The notes beneath the pieces are model-generated. The model worked only from the letters and a program-made list of their open reading frames with translations. It did not search any database and had not been told where the DNA came from. A stretch of DNA of 64,000 bases from Candidatus Multivoradales bacterium. Lineage in GTDB: Bacteria > Acidobacteriota > Thermoanaerobaculia > Multivoradales > J023. A program made the translations under genes and the position numbers. The stretch is taken from contig CBDFLE010000006.1 of the NCBI GenBank assembly GCA_965248925.1, positions 1,344,001-1,408,000 on the forward strand, given 5' to 3'. Of the stretch, positions 26,459 through 36,966 are shown piece by piece (position 1 is the stretch's first letter; each line of letters starts with the position of its first letter).

Positions 26459-29400
26459 GCATGTCGCAACGGGTACAGCTGACACGGCAATCTCGGATCG
26501 AGAACCGGTTCGGGAGACTAGGACTCTGGCTCTGGGCGGCTTTGGCCGTGCTACTCGCCCTGCCGACCCACGCGGCAGCCTTGACCCTCGCCACCCCTTA
26601 CAACAGCAACAATGGCCAGCGTGGCGCCATGTTCGACGTCGCCGCGACCAATACGGTCACCATTCGTACTTTCGATGCCAATCTCTACGTCGGCACCACC
26701 GCCAACTACGAGATCTACTACCGCGCCGGCAGCCATGTCGGCAACGAAACCAACGCCGCCGCCTGGACTCTGATCGGCACAACGACCGGACTGACGTCGC
26801 TGGGAAGCGACCTTCCGACACCCATTCCAATCCCGGTCGACATCACCATTCCAGCCGGCCAAACCTACGCTTTCTACGTCACCAACGACTTCGGTGGCGG
26901 CACCTCCTACACCGATGGCACGGCGGTCGGCAATTTCCTCGCTGGCGACGCCAACCTGACGGTCTTTGAAGGGGTCGGCAAGTCCTACCCTTTCGGCCTG
27001 ACTTTCAGTGTGCGGAATTTCAACGGCACCCTGCACTATGACCTCGGCGGCGGAGCGGTGTCGGTAGTGCCCGCGCCAACCACTGTGCCGGCACCCGGCG
27101 GCACAGTGACTTACAAAGTCACGGTGACCAACTTCGAAACCGGAACGCTGTCGCTGACCGGCCTCAGCGACAGCTTGCTCGGCTCCCTCGACGGCGTCGG
27201 CAGCTGTGCCGTGCCGCAGACTCTCGCCCCTAGCACCTCCTACAGCTGCAGCTTCACCGCCTCGGTCAACGGCGCGGCCGGGTCGTCAGTCACCAGGACG
27301 GTGACCGCCATTGGCACCAGCGGCGGTAATAACTTCTCCGATTCTGGCGTTGCTACGGTCGATATTGTCGGTGGCTTGGTGGGCATTGCCCTGACCAAGA
27401 CCGCCAGTCCGACCAGCATCACCGAGCCCTCTGGAACGGTGACCTTCACCGTGCGGATCGACAACACCGGCACCCAGAGCGCCGACATCACTGCGTTGAG
27501 CGACGATATTCACGGCAATCTCAATGGCCAAGGCGACTGCAACGTGCCCCAGACCCTGGCGATCGGCGGTTTCTACCAATGCAGTTTCACCGCCACCGTG
27601 ACTGGCGGCGGCGGCGGATCTGAAACCGACACGGTGACCGCGAGCGGCGTGTCGGGAGGATTGAGCGTCACCGGCCAAGACTCCGCGACGGTGACCTTCA
27701 CCGACTTGCCTTCCTCGATCATCGTCACCAAGACGGCAACACCGAGCAGCGTCGCCGAACCGAGCGGCGCGGTATCGTTCACTGTCCGGATCGACAACAC
27801 CAGCGCTGTCGACGTGGTGACGATCACCGCCCTGACGGACGACATCCACGGCAACCTCGCGGGCCAAGGCAGCTGCGCCATACCGCAGGTCATCGCCGTC
27901 GGCGCCTTCTACCAATGTGCCTTTCCAGCGACAGTCAGCGGCAACGCCGGAACCAGCGAGACCGACACCGTCACTGCCTCGGGATCGGATGACGACGGCA
28001 ACCTGGTCTCGGCGCAAGGTTCGGCAACGGTCACCATCACCGATGTGCTGCCCGCCGCATTGGTGACCAAGACCGCCAGCCCGACCTCCGTCGATGAGCC
28101 CGGCGGCAACATCACCTTCACCGTCCGGGTCGACAACACCGGCAGCGCCGAGTCGCTATCGCTCAGCGACCTCAACGACGATATTCACGGCGACCTCAAT
28201 GGCCAGGGCGACTGCGCCGTGCCGCAGACAGTCGCCGCCGGCGGCTTCTACCAATGCAGCTTCACCGCCGCCGTCAATGGCAACGCCGGCGACAGTGAAA
28301 CCGACACCGTCACTGCCACACTGGCCGACGACGATAGCAACACGATCACTCCCAGCGACTCGGCGACCGTCACAATCACCGATGTGGCCTCCTCGATCAG
28401 CGTCACCAAGACCGCCTCACCGACCTCCGTTGCCGAACCGGGTGGCACCGTCACTTTCACCGTCCGAGTCGACAACACCAGCACCGTCGACAGCGTGGCC
28501 ATCTCCAGCCTGTCCGACGACATCCACGGCAACCTAGCCGGCCAAGGCGACTGCGCCGTGCCGCAGACTGTCGCCGCCGCCGGCTTCTACCAGTGCAGCT
28601 TCACCGCCGCCGTCAACGGCAACGCTGGCGACAGCGAGACCAACACCGTCACCGCGTCGGGCACTGACGATGATTCCAATCCGGTCTCGGCACAGGACTC
28701 GGCGACGGTCACCGTCACCGATGTAATGCCCACCGCATCGGTGACCAAGACCGCCAGCCCGAACACCGTCGACGAGCCCGGCGGCAATGTCACCTTCACC
28801 GTCCGCGTCGACAACACCGGCAGCGCGGAGTCGCTGGCACTCAGCGCCCTTGACGACGATATCCACGGCGACCTCAACGGCCAGGGCGATTGTGCCGTGC
28901 CGCAGACAGTCGCCGCCGGCGGCTTCTACCAATGCAGCTTCACCGCCGCCGTCAATGGCAACGCGGGCGATAGTGAAACCGACACCGTCACCGCCACGCT
29001 CTCCGACGACGACGGCAACTCCATCACTCCCAACGACTCGGCCACCGTCACCATTACCGGCACCGATTGGGGCGATGCCGCCGATCCGAGCTACCCGACC
29101 TTGCTGGCCAACGACGGCGCGCGCCACACCATCGTCGCCGGTTTCTTCCTCGGCGCTGGGATCGACGCCGAGGCCGACGGCCAGCCCGATGCCACCGCCA
29201 CCGGCGACGACACCGATGGCAATGACGACGAAGACGGCGTCGCCTTCGCGAGTGTTCTGGTACCAGGGATGTCGGTCGGGGTCGATATCATCGCTTCGGC
29301 AGCCGGGCTGCTCGATGCTTGGATCGACTTCAACGGCAATGGCTCCTGGGCCGACACCGGCGAGCAGGTCTTCACCGGCCAGGCACTCACCAGCGGCCTC

Positions 29401-32400
29401 AACAACCTGTCGATCAGCGTGCCGGCCACCGCGACCACCGGTGCCACAGGGGCCCGCTTCCGCCTGAGTTCGGCCGGCACCCCCGACCCGACCGGCCTGG
29501 CGGCCGACGGCGAGGTCGAGGACTATCAGGTGGCGATCGAAGCGCCTTCGATCAGCGTCACCAAGACCGCCAGCCCGGCCTCGCTCAACGAGCCCGGCGG
29601 CAGCGTCACCTTCACCGTCAGGGTCGACAACACCGGCACCGCCACCGTTGCTCTAAGCAGCTTGGTGGACGATGTCCACGGCGACCTCAGCGGCCAAGGA
29701 GACTGCGCCATGCCGCAGACAATCGCCACCGGTGGCTTCTACCAATGCAGCTTCGCCACCACGGTCAGCGGCAACGCCGGCTTCTCGGAAACCGACACGG
29801 TCACCACCACGGGCATCTCGGTCGCTCTGCCAGTCTCGGCCCAGGACTCGGAAACCGTCACCATCAACGACGTCGCGCCCACAGCAGCGGTGACCAAGAC
29901 CGCCAGCCCGACCTCTATCGACGAGCCCGGCGGTAACATCACCTTCACCGTCCGCGTCGACAACACCGGCAGCGCCGAGTCGCTGGCGCTCAGCGACCTT
30001 AACGACGATATCCACGGCGACCTCAATGGCCAGGGCGACTGCGCCGTGCCGCAGACAATCGCCGCCGGTGGCTTCTACCAATGCAGTTTCACCGCCGCCG
30101 TCAACGGCAACGCTGGCGACAGCGAGACCGACACTGTCACCGCCACCCTCGCCGACGACGATGGCAACGCCATCACTCCCAGCGACTCGGCCACCGTCTC
30201 CATCACCGATGTGGCCTCCTCGATCAGCGTCACCAAGACCGCCTCACCGACCTCCGTTGCCGAACCGGGTGGCACCATCACTTTCACCGTCCGAGTCGAC
30301 AACACCAGCACCATCGACAGCGTGACCATCTCCAGCCTGTCCGACGACATCCATGGCAACCTCGCCGGCCAAGGCGACTGCGCCGTGCCGCAGACCCTGG
30401 CCGCCGGCGGCTTCTACCAATGCAGCTTCACCGCCGCCGTCAACGGCAACGCTGGCGACAGCGAGACCGACACAGTGACCGCGTCGGGTACCGACGATGA
30501 TTCCAATCCGGTCTCGGCCCTGGGCTCGGCAACGGTCACCGTCACCGATGTAATGCCCACCGCATCGGTGACCAAGACCGCCAGCCCGAACACCGTCGAC
30601 GAGCCCGGCGGCAATGTCACCTTCACCGTCCGCGTCGACAACACCGGCAGCGCGGAGTCGCTGGCACTCAGCGCCCTTGACGACGATATCCACGGCGACC
30701 TCAACGGCCAGGGCGATTGTACCGTGCCGCAGACAGTCGCCGCCGGCGGTTTCTACCAATGCAGCTTCACCGCCGCCGTCAATGGCAACGCGGGCGATAG
30801 TGAAACCGACACCGTCACCGCCACGCTCTCCGACGACGACGGCAACTCCATCACTCCCAACGACTCGGCCACCGTCACCATTACCGGCACCGATTGGGGC
30901 GACGCGGCCGATCCGAGTTACCCGACCTTGCTGGCCAACGACGGCGCGCGCCACACCATCGTCGCCGGTTTCTTCCTCGGCGCTGGGGTCGACGCCGAGG
31001 CCGACGGCCAGCCCGATGCCACCGCCACCGGCGACGACACCGATAGCAATGACGACGAAGACGGCGTCGCCTTCGCGAGTGTTCTGGTACCAGGGATGTC
31101 GGTCGGGGTCGATATCACCGCTTCGGCAGCCGGACTGCTCGATGCCTGGGTTGACTTCAACGGCAACGGCTCCTGGACCGACGCCGGCGAGCAGGTCTTC
31201 TCCGGCCAGGCACTCACCAGCGGCCTCAACAGTCTGTCGATCAGCGTGCCGGCCACCGCGACCACCGGTGCTACAGGGGCCCGCTTCCGGCTGAGCTCGG
31301 CCGGCACTTCCGACCCGACCGGCCTAGCAGCCGACGGCGAGGTCGAGGACTATCAGGTGGTGATCGAAGCGCCTTCGATCAGCGTTACCAAGACCGCCAA
31401 CCCAACCTCGCTCAACGAGCCCGGCGGCAGCGTCACCTTCACCGTCCGCGTCGACAACACCGGCACCGCCAGCGTAGCGCTGAGCAGCCTGGTGGACGAT
31501 GTCCACGGCGACCTCAACGGCCAGGGCGACTGTGCCGTGCCGCAGACCCTCGCCACCGGTGGCTTCTACCAATGCAGCTTCGCCACGACGGTCAGCGGCA
31601 ACGCTGGCTTCTTGGAGACCGACACGGTCACTGCCACGGGCACCTCGGTCGGTCTAGCGGTCTCGGCACAGGACTCGGCAACGGTCAACATCACCGATGT
31701 GCTGCCCACCGCATCGGTGACCAAAACCGCCAGCCCGACCTCCGTCGATGAGCCCGGCGGCAACATCACCTTCACCGTTCGGGTCGACAACACCGGAAGC
31801 GCCGAGTCGCTGTCACTCTCAGCCCTTAACGACAATATCCACGGCGACCTCAACGGCCAGGGCGACTGTGCCCTGCCGCAGACAATCGCTGTCGGTGGCT
31901 TCTACCAGTGCAGCTTCACCGCCGCCGTCAACGGCAACGCCGGAGACTCGGAAACCGACACCGTCACCGCCATCTTGGCCGACGACGATGGCAACTCCAT
32001 CACTCCCAGCGACTCGGCCACCGTCACCATCACCGATGTGGTCTCCTCGATCACAGTCACCAAGACCGCCTCGCCAACCACTGTCGCCGAACCGGGTGGC
32101 ACCATCACCTTCACCATCCGAGTCGACAACACCAGCACGGTCGACAGTGTGACTATCTCCTCCCTCGCCGACGACATCCACGGCAACCTCGCGGGCCAAG
32201 GGGACTGCGCCGTGCCGCAGACCCTCGCCGCGGGCGCCTTCTACCAGTGCAGCTTCACCGCCGCAGTCAACGGCAACGCTGGCGACAGCGAGACCGACAC
32301 CGTCACCGCGTCGGGCACTGACGATGATTCCAATCCGGTCTCGGCACAGGACTCGGCGACGGTCACCGTCACCGATGTAATGCCCACCGCATCGGTGACC

Positions 32401-35400
32401 AAGACCGCCAGCCCGAACACCGTCGACGAGCCCGGCGGCAATGTCACCTTCACCGTCCGCGTCGACAACACCGGCAGCGCGGAGTCGCTGGCACTCAGCG
32501 CCCTTGACGACGATATCCACGGCGACCTCAACGGCCAGGGCGATTGTGCCGTGCCGCAGACAGTCGCCGCCGGCGGCTTCTACCAATGCAGCTTCACCGC
32601 CGCCGTCAATGGCAACGCGGGCGATAGTGAAACCGACACCGTCACCGCCACGCTCTCCGACGACGACGGCAACTCCATCACTCCCAACGACTCGGCCACC
32701 GTCACCATTACCGGCACCGATTGGGGCGATGCCGCCGATCCGAGCTACCCGACCTTGCTGGCCAACGACGGCGCGCGCCACACCATCGTCGCCGGTTTCT
32801 TCCTCGGCGCTGGGGTCGACGCCGAGGCCGACGGCCAGCCCGATGCCACCGCCACCGGCGACGACACCGATGGCAATGACGACGAAGACGGCGTCGCCTT
32901 CGCGAGTGTTCTGGTACCAGGGATGTCGGTCGGGGTCGATATCACCGCTTCGGCAGCCGGACTGCTCGATGCCTGGGTCGACTTCAACGGCAACGGCTCC
33001 TGGACCGACGCCGGCGAGCAAGTCTTCTCCGGCCAGGCACTCACCAGCGGCCTTAACAGCCTGTCGATCAGCGTGCCGGGCTCCGCGACCACCGGTGCCA
33101 CAGTGGCCCGCTTCCGGCTGAGCTCGGCCGGCACCTCCGACCCGACCGGCCTGGCAGCCGACGGCGAGGTCGAGGACTATCAGGTGGTGATCGAAGCGCC
33201 TTCGATCAGCGTTTCCAAGACCGCTAACCCAACCTCGCTCAACGAGCCCGGCGGCAGCGTCACCTTCACCGTCCGCGTCGACAACACCGGCACCGCCAGC
33301 GTAGCGCTGAGCAGCCTGGTGGACGATGTCCACGGCGATCTCAACGGCCAGGGCGACTGTGCCGTGCCGCAGGCCCTCGCCACCGGTGGCTTCTACCAAT
33401 GCAGCTTCGCCACCACGGTCAACGGCAACGCTGGCTTCTTGGAGACCGACACGGTCACTGCCACGGGCACCTCGGTCGGTCTGGCGGTCTCGGCAGAGAA
33501 CTCGGCAACGGTCACCATCACCGATGTACTGCCTACTGCTTCGGTGACCAAAACCGCCAGCCCGACCTCCGTCGATGAGCCCGGCGGTAACGTCACTTTC
33601 ACTATCCGGGTCGACAACACCGGCAGCGCCGAGTCGCTGGCACTCAGCGCCCTCAACGACGATATCCACGGCGATCTCAACGGCCAGGGCGACTGCGCCG
33701 TGCCGCAGACTCTGGCGGCGGGTGGCTTCTACCAATGCAGCTTCACCGCCGCCGTCAATGGCAATGCCGGTGATACTCAGACCGACACCGTCACCGCGAC
33801 GCTCTCGGACGACGATGGCAACACGATCACTCCCAGCGACTCGGCGACGGTCACCATCACCGACGTGGCCTCCTCGATCAGCGTCACCAAGACCGCCTCA
33901 CCGACCTCCGTTGCCGAACCGGGTGGCACCGTCACTTTCACCATCCGAGTCGACAACACCAGCACCGTCGACAGCGTGGCTATCTCCAGCCTGTCCGACG
34001 ACATCCATGGCAACCTCGCCGGCCAAGGCGACTGCGCCGTGTCGCAGACCCTGGCCGCCGCCGGCTTCTACCAGTGCAGCTTCACCGCCGCCGTCAACGG
34101 CAACGCTGGCGACAGCGAGACCAACACCGTCACCGCGTCGGGCACTGACGATGATTCCAATCCGGTCTCGGCACAGGACTCGGCGACGGTCACCGTCACC
34201 GATGTTCTACCCACCGCATCGGTGACCAAGACCGCCAACCCGACCTCCATCGACGAGCCCGGCGGCAACATCACCTTCACCGTCCGCGTCGACAACACCG
34301 GCAGCGCGGAGTCGCTGGCACTCAGCGCCCTTGACGACGATATCCACGGCGACCTCAACGGCCAGGGCGATTGTGCCGTGCCGCAGACAGTCGCCGCCGG
34401 CGGCTTCTACCAATGCAGCTTCACCGCCGCCGTCAATGGCAACGCGGGCGATAGTGAAACCGACACCGTCACCGCCACGCTCTCCGACGACGACGGCAAC
34501 TCCATCACTCCCAACGACTCGGCCACCGTCACCATTACCGGCACCGATTGGGGCGATGCCGCCGATCCGAGCTACCCGACCTTGCTGGCCAACGACGGCG
34601 CGCGCCACACCATCGTCGCCGGTTTCTTCCTCGGCGCCGGGGTCGACGCCGAGGCCGACGGCCAGCCCGACGCCACCGCCACTGGCGACGACACCGATGG
34701 CAATGACGACGAAGACGGCGTCGCCTTCACCAGCACTCTAGCGCCCGGAATAACGGCGATGATCGAAGTGACAGCGTCGCAAGCCGGCCTGCTCGACGCT
34801 TGGATCGACTTCGATGGTGATGGCTCGTGGGCCGGTGCGGGGGAGCAGATCTTCGCTAACGAGCCACTGATCGGGGGCCTCAACAACCTGGCGATCAACG
34901 TGCCTGGCACCCTCGCCGCACGAGTGGTCGGCCGCTTCCGCCTGTCGAGTTCTGGCGGACTGAGCTATGACGGCTTGGCCAGCGACGGCGAGGTCGAGGA
35001 CTACGAGATCGTGGTCGACGATGTCCCCCCGCGGGTCGAGCTGATCGGTTCGACGCCTGATACCGGAGACGGCCAGCTGACCTACTGCGAAACCGCGCAG
35101 GTGGTGGTCTCAGAACTCCGCGTCGTCTTCAACGAGGCCATGCGGGCGGGTGGTGGGTCCGCGGCGGCCGACAATCCCGCCAACTATCGACTGATCACCC
35201 CAGGGGCGGACCACACCTTCGATTCCTCGGATTGCCTGGCCCTCAGCGGCGACGACAGTCAGATTCCCATCACCGGCGTCGTCTATCAAGCAGGCTCACC
35301 CAGCGCCGAGCAGGCCACCGCCAGACTTCAGCTGGCGCAGCCGTTGGTCGACAACCACTACCGGTTGCTGGCTTGCGGCACCCTCGCCGACGCCGTGGGC

Positions 35401-35997
35401 AACCCGCTGCAGGGCGGCGACTTCAGCCTCGACTTCCGTGCCGATGCGCTCAATCTGTTCCACAATGGGCATTTCGACTGCGATCTGCAAGGGTGGTGGT
35501 TGGATCCACCCGGAACCGCTCTGCTGCAGCACGCTGCGGTCGACGCCGATGACTCGGCAGACTCGGGTTCTATGCAAGTTCTGCAGGACGGCACCGCAGA
35601 GTTGGCCATCAGCCAGTGCATTGGAGTCAGCGGCGGCGCGGAGCTACGCCTCGGCGGCAGATTCCGGGTCGATGCGCCAGCCCAGGTCCAAGTGGGTCTG
35701 ATCCGCGGCTGCGAAATATTCAACCAGGTGAGCTGCAACGGGGCGATTGTTGACTCATTCTTCAGCATCGAGTTGTTCGAGGACACCGCGATGAGCTTCA
35801 CCGCTCGCGAGTCCTCTGTCCAAGTACACGGCAGTGGGGCCTCGGCCTTCTGTGCCTTCACCTTTTCCTCCCCCGACATGGAGCCCGTGGATCTTTACGT
35901 CGACCGCTTATTCGCTCGAGCCACGGCTCAGGGCCCGATTTTCGCGGATGGCTTCGAGACCGGTAATACCGCGGCTTGGACGGCGGTGGCGCCGTGA
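26455..35997 (+). CDS. Giant secreted repeat protein (adhesin-like): ~18 DUF11-like Ig repeats + 4 GEVED domains, C-terminal IFADGFE motif
   Basis: Signal peptide; ~125-aa repeats TKTASP..FTVRVDNTG..C..C..ETDTVTA; DWGDA..GEVEDY x4; 1827-bp super-repeat. Confidence 0.9.
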   Translation: MSMSQRVQLTRQSRIENRFGRLGLWLWAALAVLLALPTHAAALTLATPYNSNNGQRGAMFDVAATNTVTIRTFDANLYVGTTANYEIYYRAGSHVGNETNAAAWTLIGTTTGLTSLGSDLPTPIPIPVDITIPAGQTYAFYVTNDFGGGTSYTDGTAVGNFLAGDANLTVFEGVGKSYPFGLTFSVRNFNGTLHYDLGGGAVSVVPAPTTVPAPGGTVTYKVTVTNFETGTLSLTGLSDSLLGSLDGVGSCAVPQTLAPSTSYSCSFTASVNGAAGSSVTRTVTAIGTSGGNNFSDSGVATVDIVGGLVGIALTKTASPTSITEPSGTVTFTVRIDNTGTQSADITALSDDIHGNLNGQGDCNVPQTLAIGGFYQCSFTATVTGGGGGSETDTVTASGVSGGLSVTGQDSATVTFTDLPSSIIVTKTATPSSVAEPSGAVSFTVRIDNTSAVDVVTITALTDDIHGNLAGQGSCAIPQVIAVGAFYQCAFPATVSGNAGTSETDTVTASGSDDDGNLVSAQGSATVTITDVLPAALVTKTASPTSVDEPGGNITFTVRVDNTGSAESLSLSDLNDDIHGDLNGQGDCAVPQTVAAGGFYQCSFTAAVNGNAGDSETDTVTATLADDDSNTITPSDSATVTITDVASSISVTKTASPTSVAEPGGTVTFTVRVDNTSTVDSVAISSLSDDIHGNLAGQGDCAVPQTVAAAGFYQCSFTAAVNGNAGDSETNTVTASGTDDDSNPVSAQDSATVTVTDVMPTASVTKTASPNTVDEPGGNVTFTVRVDNTGSAESLALSALDDDIHGDLNGQGDCAVPQTVAAGGFYQCSFTAAVNGNAGDSETDTVTATLSDDDGNSITPNDSATVTITGTDWGDAADPSYPTLLANDGARHTIVAGFFLGAGIDAEADGQPDATATGDDTDGNDDEDGVAFASVLVPGMSVGVDIIASAAGLLDAWIDFNGNGSWADTGEQVFTGQALTSGLNNLSISVPATATTGATGARFRLSSAGTPDPTGLAADGEVEDYQVAIEAPSISVTKTASPASLNEPGGSVTFTVRVDNTGTATVALSSLVDDVHGDLSGQGDCAMPQTIATGGFYQCSFATTVSGNAGFSETDTVTTTGISVALPVSAQDSETVTINDVAPTAAVTKTASPTSIDEPGGNITFTVRVDNTGSAESLALSDLNDDIHGDLNGQGDCAVPQTIAAGGFYQCSFTAAVNGNAGDSETDTVTATLADDDGNAITPSDSATVSITDVASSISVTKTASPTSVAEPGGTITFTVRVDNTSTIDSVTISSLSDDIHGNLAGQGDCAVPQTLAAGGFYQCSFTAAVNGNAGDSETDTVTASGTDDDSNPVSALGSATVTVTDVMPTASVTKTASPNTVDEPGGNVTFTVRVDNTGSAESLALSALDDDIHGDLNGQGDCTVPQTVAAGGFYQCSFTAAVNGNAGDSETDTVTATLSDDDGNSITPNDSATVTITGTDWGDAADPSYPTLLANDGARHTIVAGFFLGAGVDAEADGQPDATATGDDTDSNDDEDGVAFASVLVPGMSVGVDITASAAGLLDAWVDFNGNGSWTDAGEQVFSGQALTSGLNSLSISVPATATTGATGARFRLSSAGTSDPTGLAADGEVEDYQVVIEAPSISVTKTANPTSLNEPGGSVTFTVRVDNTGTASVALSSLVDDVHGDLNGQGDCAVPQTLATGGFYQCSFATTVSGNAGFLETDTVTATGTSVGLAVSAQDSATVNITDVLPTASVTKTASPTSVDEPGGNITFTVRVDNTGSAESLSLSALNDNIHGDLNGQGDCALPQTIAVGGFYQCSFTAAVNGNAGDSETDTVTAILADDDGNSITPSDSATVTITDVVSSITVTKTASPTTVAEPGGTITFTIRVDNTSTVDSVTISSLADDIHGNLAGQGDCAVPQTLAAGAFYQCSFTAAVNGNAGDSETDTVTASGTDDDSNPVSAQDSATVTVTDVMPTASVTKTASPNTVDEPGGNVTFTVRVDNTGSAESLALSALDDDIHGDLNGQGDCAVPQTVAAGGFYQCSFTAAVNGNAGDSETDTVTATLSDDDGNSITPNDSATVTITGTDWGDAADPSYPTLLANDGARHTIVAGFFLGAGVDAEADGQPDATATGDDTDGNDDEDGVAFASVLVPGMSVGVDITASAAGLLDAWVDFNGNGSWTDAGEQVFSGQALTSGLNSLSISVPGSATTGATVARFRLSSAGTSDPTGLAADGEVEDYQVVIEAPSISVSKTANPTSLNEPGGSVTFTVRVDNTGTASVALSSLVDDVHGDLNGQGDCAVPQALATGGFYQCSFATTVNGNAGFLETDTVTATGTSVGLAVSAENSATVTITDVLPTASVTKTASPTSVDEPGGNVTFTIRVDNTGSAESLALSALNDDIHGDLNGQGDCAVPQTLAAGGFYQCSFTAAVNGNAGDTQTDTVTATLSDDDGNTITPSDSATVTITDVASSISVTKTASPTSVAEPGGTVTFTIRVDNTSTVDSVAISSLSDDIHGNLAGQGDCAVSQTLAAAGFYQCSFTAAVNGNAGDSETNTVTASGTDDDSNPVSAQDSATVTVTDVLPTASVTKTANPTSIDEPGGNITFTVRVDNTGSAESLALSALDDDIHGDLNGQGDCAVPQTVAAGGFYQCSFTAAVNGNAGDSETDTVTATLSDDDGNSITPNDSATVTITGTDWGDAADPSYPTLLANDGARHTIVAGFFLGAGVDAEADGQPDATATGDDTDGNDDEDGVAFTSTLAPGITAMIEVTASQAGLLDAWIDFDGDGSWAGAGEQIFANEPLIGGLNNLAINVPGTLAARVVGRFRLSSSGGLSYDGLASDGEVEDYEIVVDDVPPRVELIGSTPDTGDGQLTYCETAQVVVSELRVVFNEAMRAGGGSAAADNPANYRLITPGADHTFDSSDCLALSGDDSQIPITGVVYQAGSPSAEQATARLQLAQPLVDNHYRLLACGTLADAVGNPLQGGDFSLDFRADALNLFHNGHFDCDLQGWWLDPPGTALLQHAAVDADDSADSGSMQVLQDGTAELAISQCIGVSGGAELRLGGRFRVDAPAQVQVGLIRGCEIFNQVSCNGAIVDSFFSIELFEDTAMSFTARESSVQVHGSGASAFCAFTFSSPDMEPVDLYVDRLFARATAQGPIFADGFETGNTAAWTAVAP

Positions 35998-36023
35998 TCT
36001 TCCTGCCGGCGCGTGAGATCGAT

Positions 36024-36860
36024 ATGAAAGAGAATCGACCAATGAAACAGCTGCTGCGAACCCCGTGCCGCCCCGCCGCCTTCTTCGGGATGCTCTGCCT
36101 GTTGGCCATGACCGGCGCCTCTGTCTCCGCCGACGAACTTGGTACCAGCTGGCGATTCTCCCCCAGCGCCCAAGTCTTGCCAGCGATTCCAGAGTTGGCG
36201 GCAGCAGGCGGCACTGAAGTTCAGCTGGTGCTGGACGACGGCACCGCCGAAGGCGAATTCGGTGCCGGCGCCAGCACGGCGCGGCAATTCATGTGGTTCA
36301 ACAGCTTCTCTGCTGGCAGCAACCTCTTGCTCGAGGAGATCTGGGTTCTATTCCCTAGTGGCACCAATATTCAAGTCGGAGAGCCGATCGATCTGGTGGT
36401 CTTTGGCGACGCGGACGGCGATCCGAGCAACGGTGCCAATTTGCTGACGGTGGTCCCCGAGGTCATTCAGCAGAACGATGGCGTAACTTTCTCGATCTAC
36501 TCTCTGGCTGCACCACTCACCGTTGGCGAGGGCAACGTCTACCTCGGGGTCATTCCGAGATTCATCGTCTCCGGCGTCACTCCGGCGACCCTGCCAGCGG
36601 CCCTCGACATCGACAGCAGCCAGCAGAGTTCGTGGATCGCGCTGTGGAGCGGCGATCCACCGAGCCAGCCCCTACTGCCGCCCGACGTTCAGCTCAACCT
36701 GGTCGACGATCTGATTCCGGGCAATTGGATGATCCGCGGCTTTGGCCGTTCGCAGCCGGTCCTTGAGGTGCCGGTGCTCGACTGCCGCGGGCTGGCCACG
36801 CTGGTCGTTCTACTACTCGTCGCCGGTCTGCTGGCACTGCGTTCGACTTCGCGCTTCTGA
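36024..36860 (+). CDS. Secreted protein with IPTL-CTERM-like sorting tail
   Basis: Signal peptide; C-terminal EVPVLDCRGLATLVVLLLVAGLLALR + basic residues. Confidence 0.7.
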   Translation: MKENRPMKQLLRTPCRPAAFFGMLCLLAMTGASVSADELGTSWRFSPSAQVLPAIPELAAAGGTEVQLVLDDGTAEGEFGAGASTARQFMWFNSFSAGSNLLLEEIWVLFPSGTNIQVGEPIDLVVFGDADGDPSNGANLLTVVPEVIQQNDGVTFSIYSLAAPLTVGEGNVYLGVIPRFIVSGVTPATLPAALDIDSSQQSSWIALWSGDPPSQPLLPPDVQLNLVDDLIPGNWMIRGFGRSQPVLEVPVLDCRGLATLVVLLLVAGLLALRSTSRF

Positions 36861-36966
36861 CCTTGGGCTCAGCCAACGCCACGGTGGCGGGGTCGCTGGC
36901 TCAAAGCGGGTAGCTCAAGCAAAAGAGCTTCTCTCCGGCCCGGCGGTGGTTTTAGAATCGTTGCCT

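Noticed and set aside
31819-33735. 638-aa minus-strand ORF and many repeated short ORFs within the giant gene
   Set aside because: Antisense shadows produced by codon bias and the repeats of the plus-strand gene
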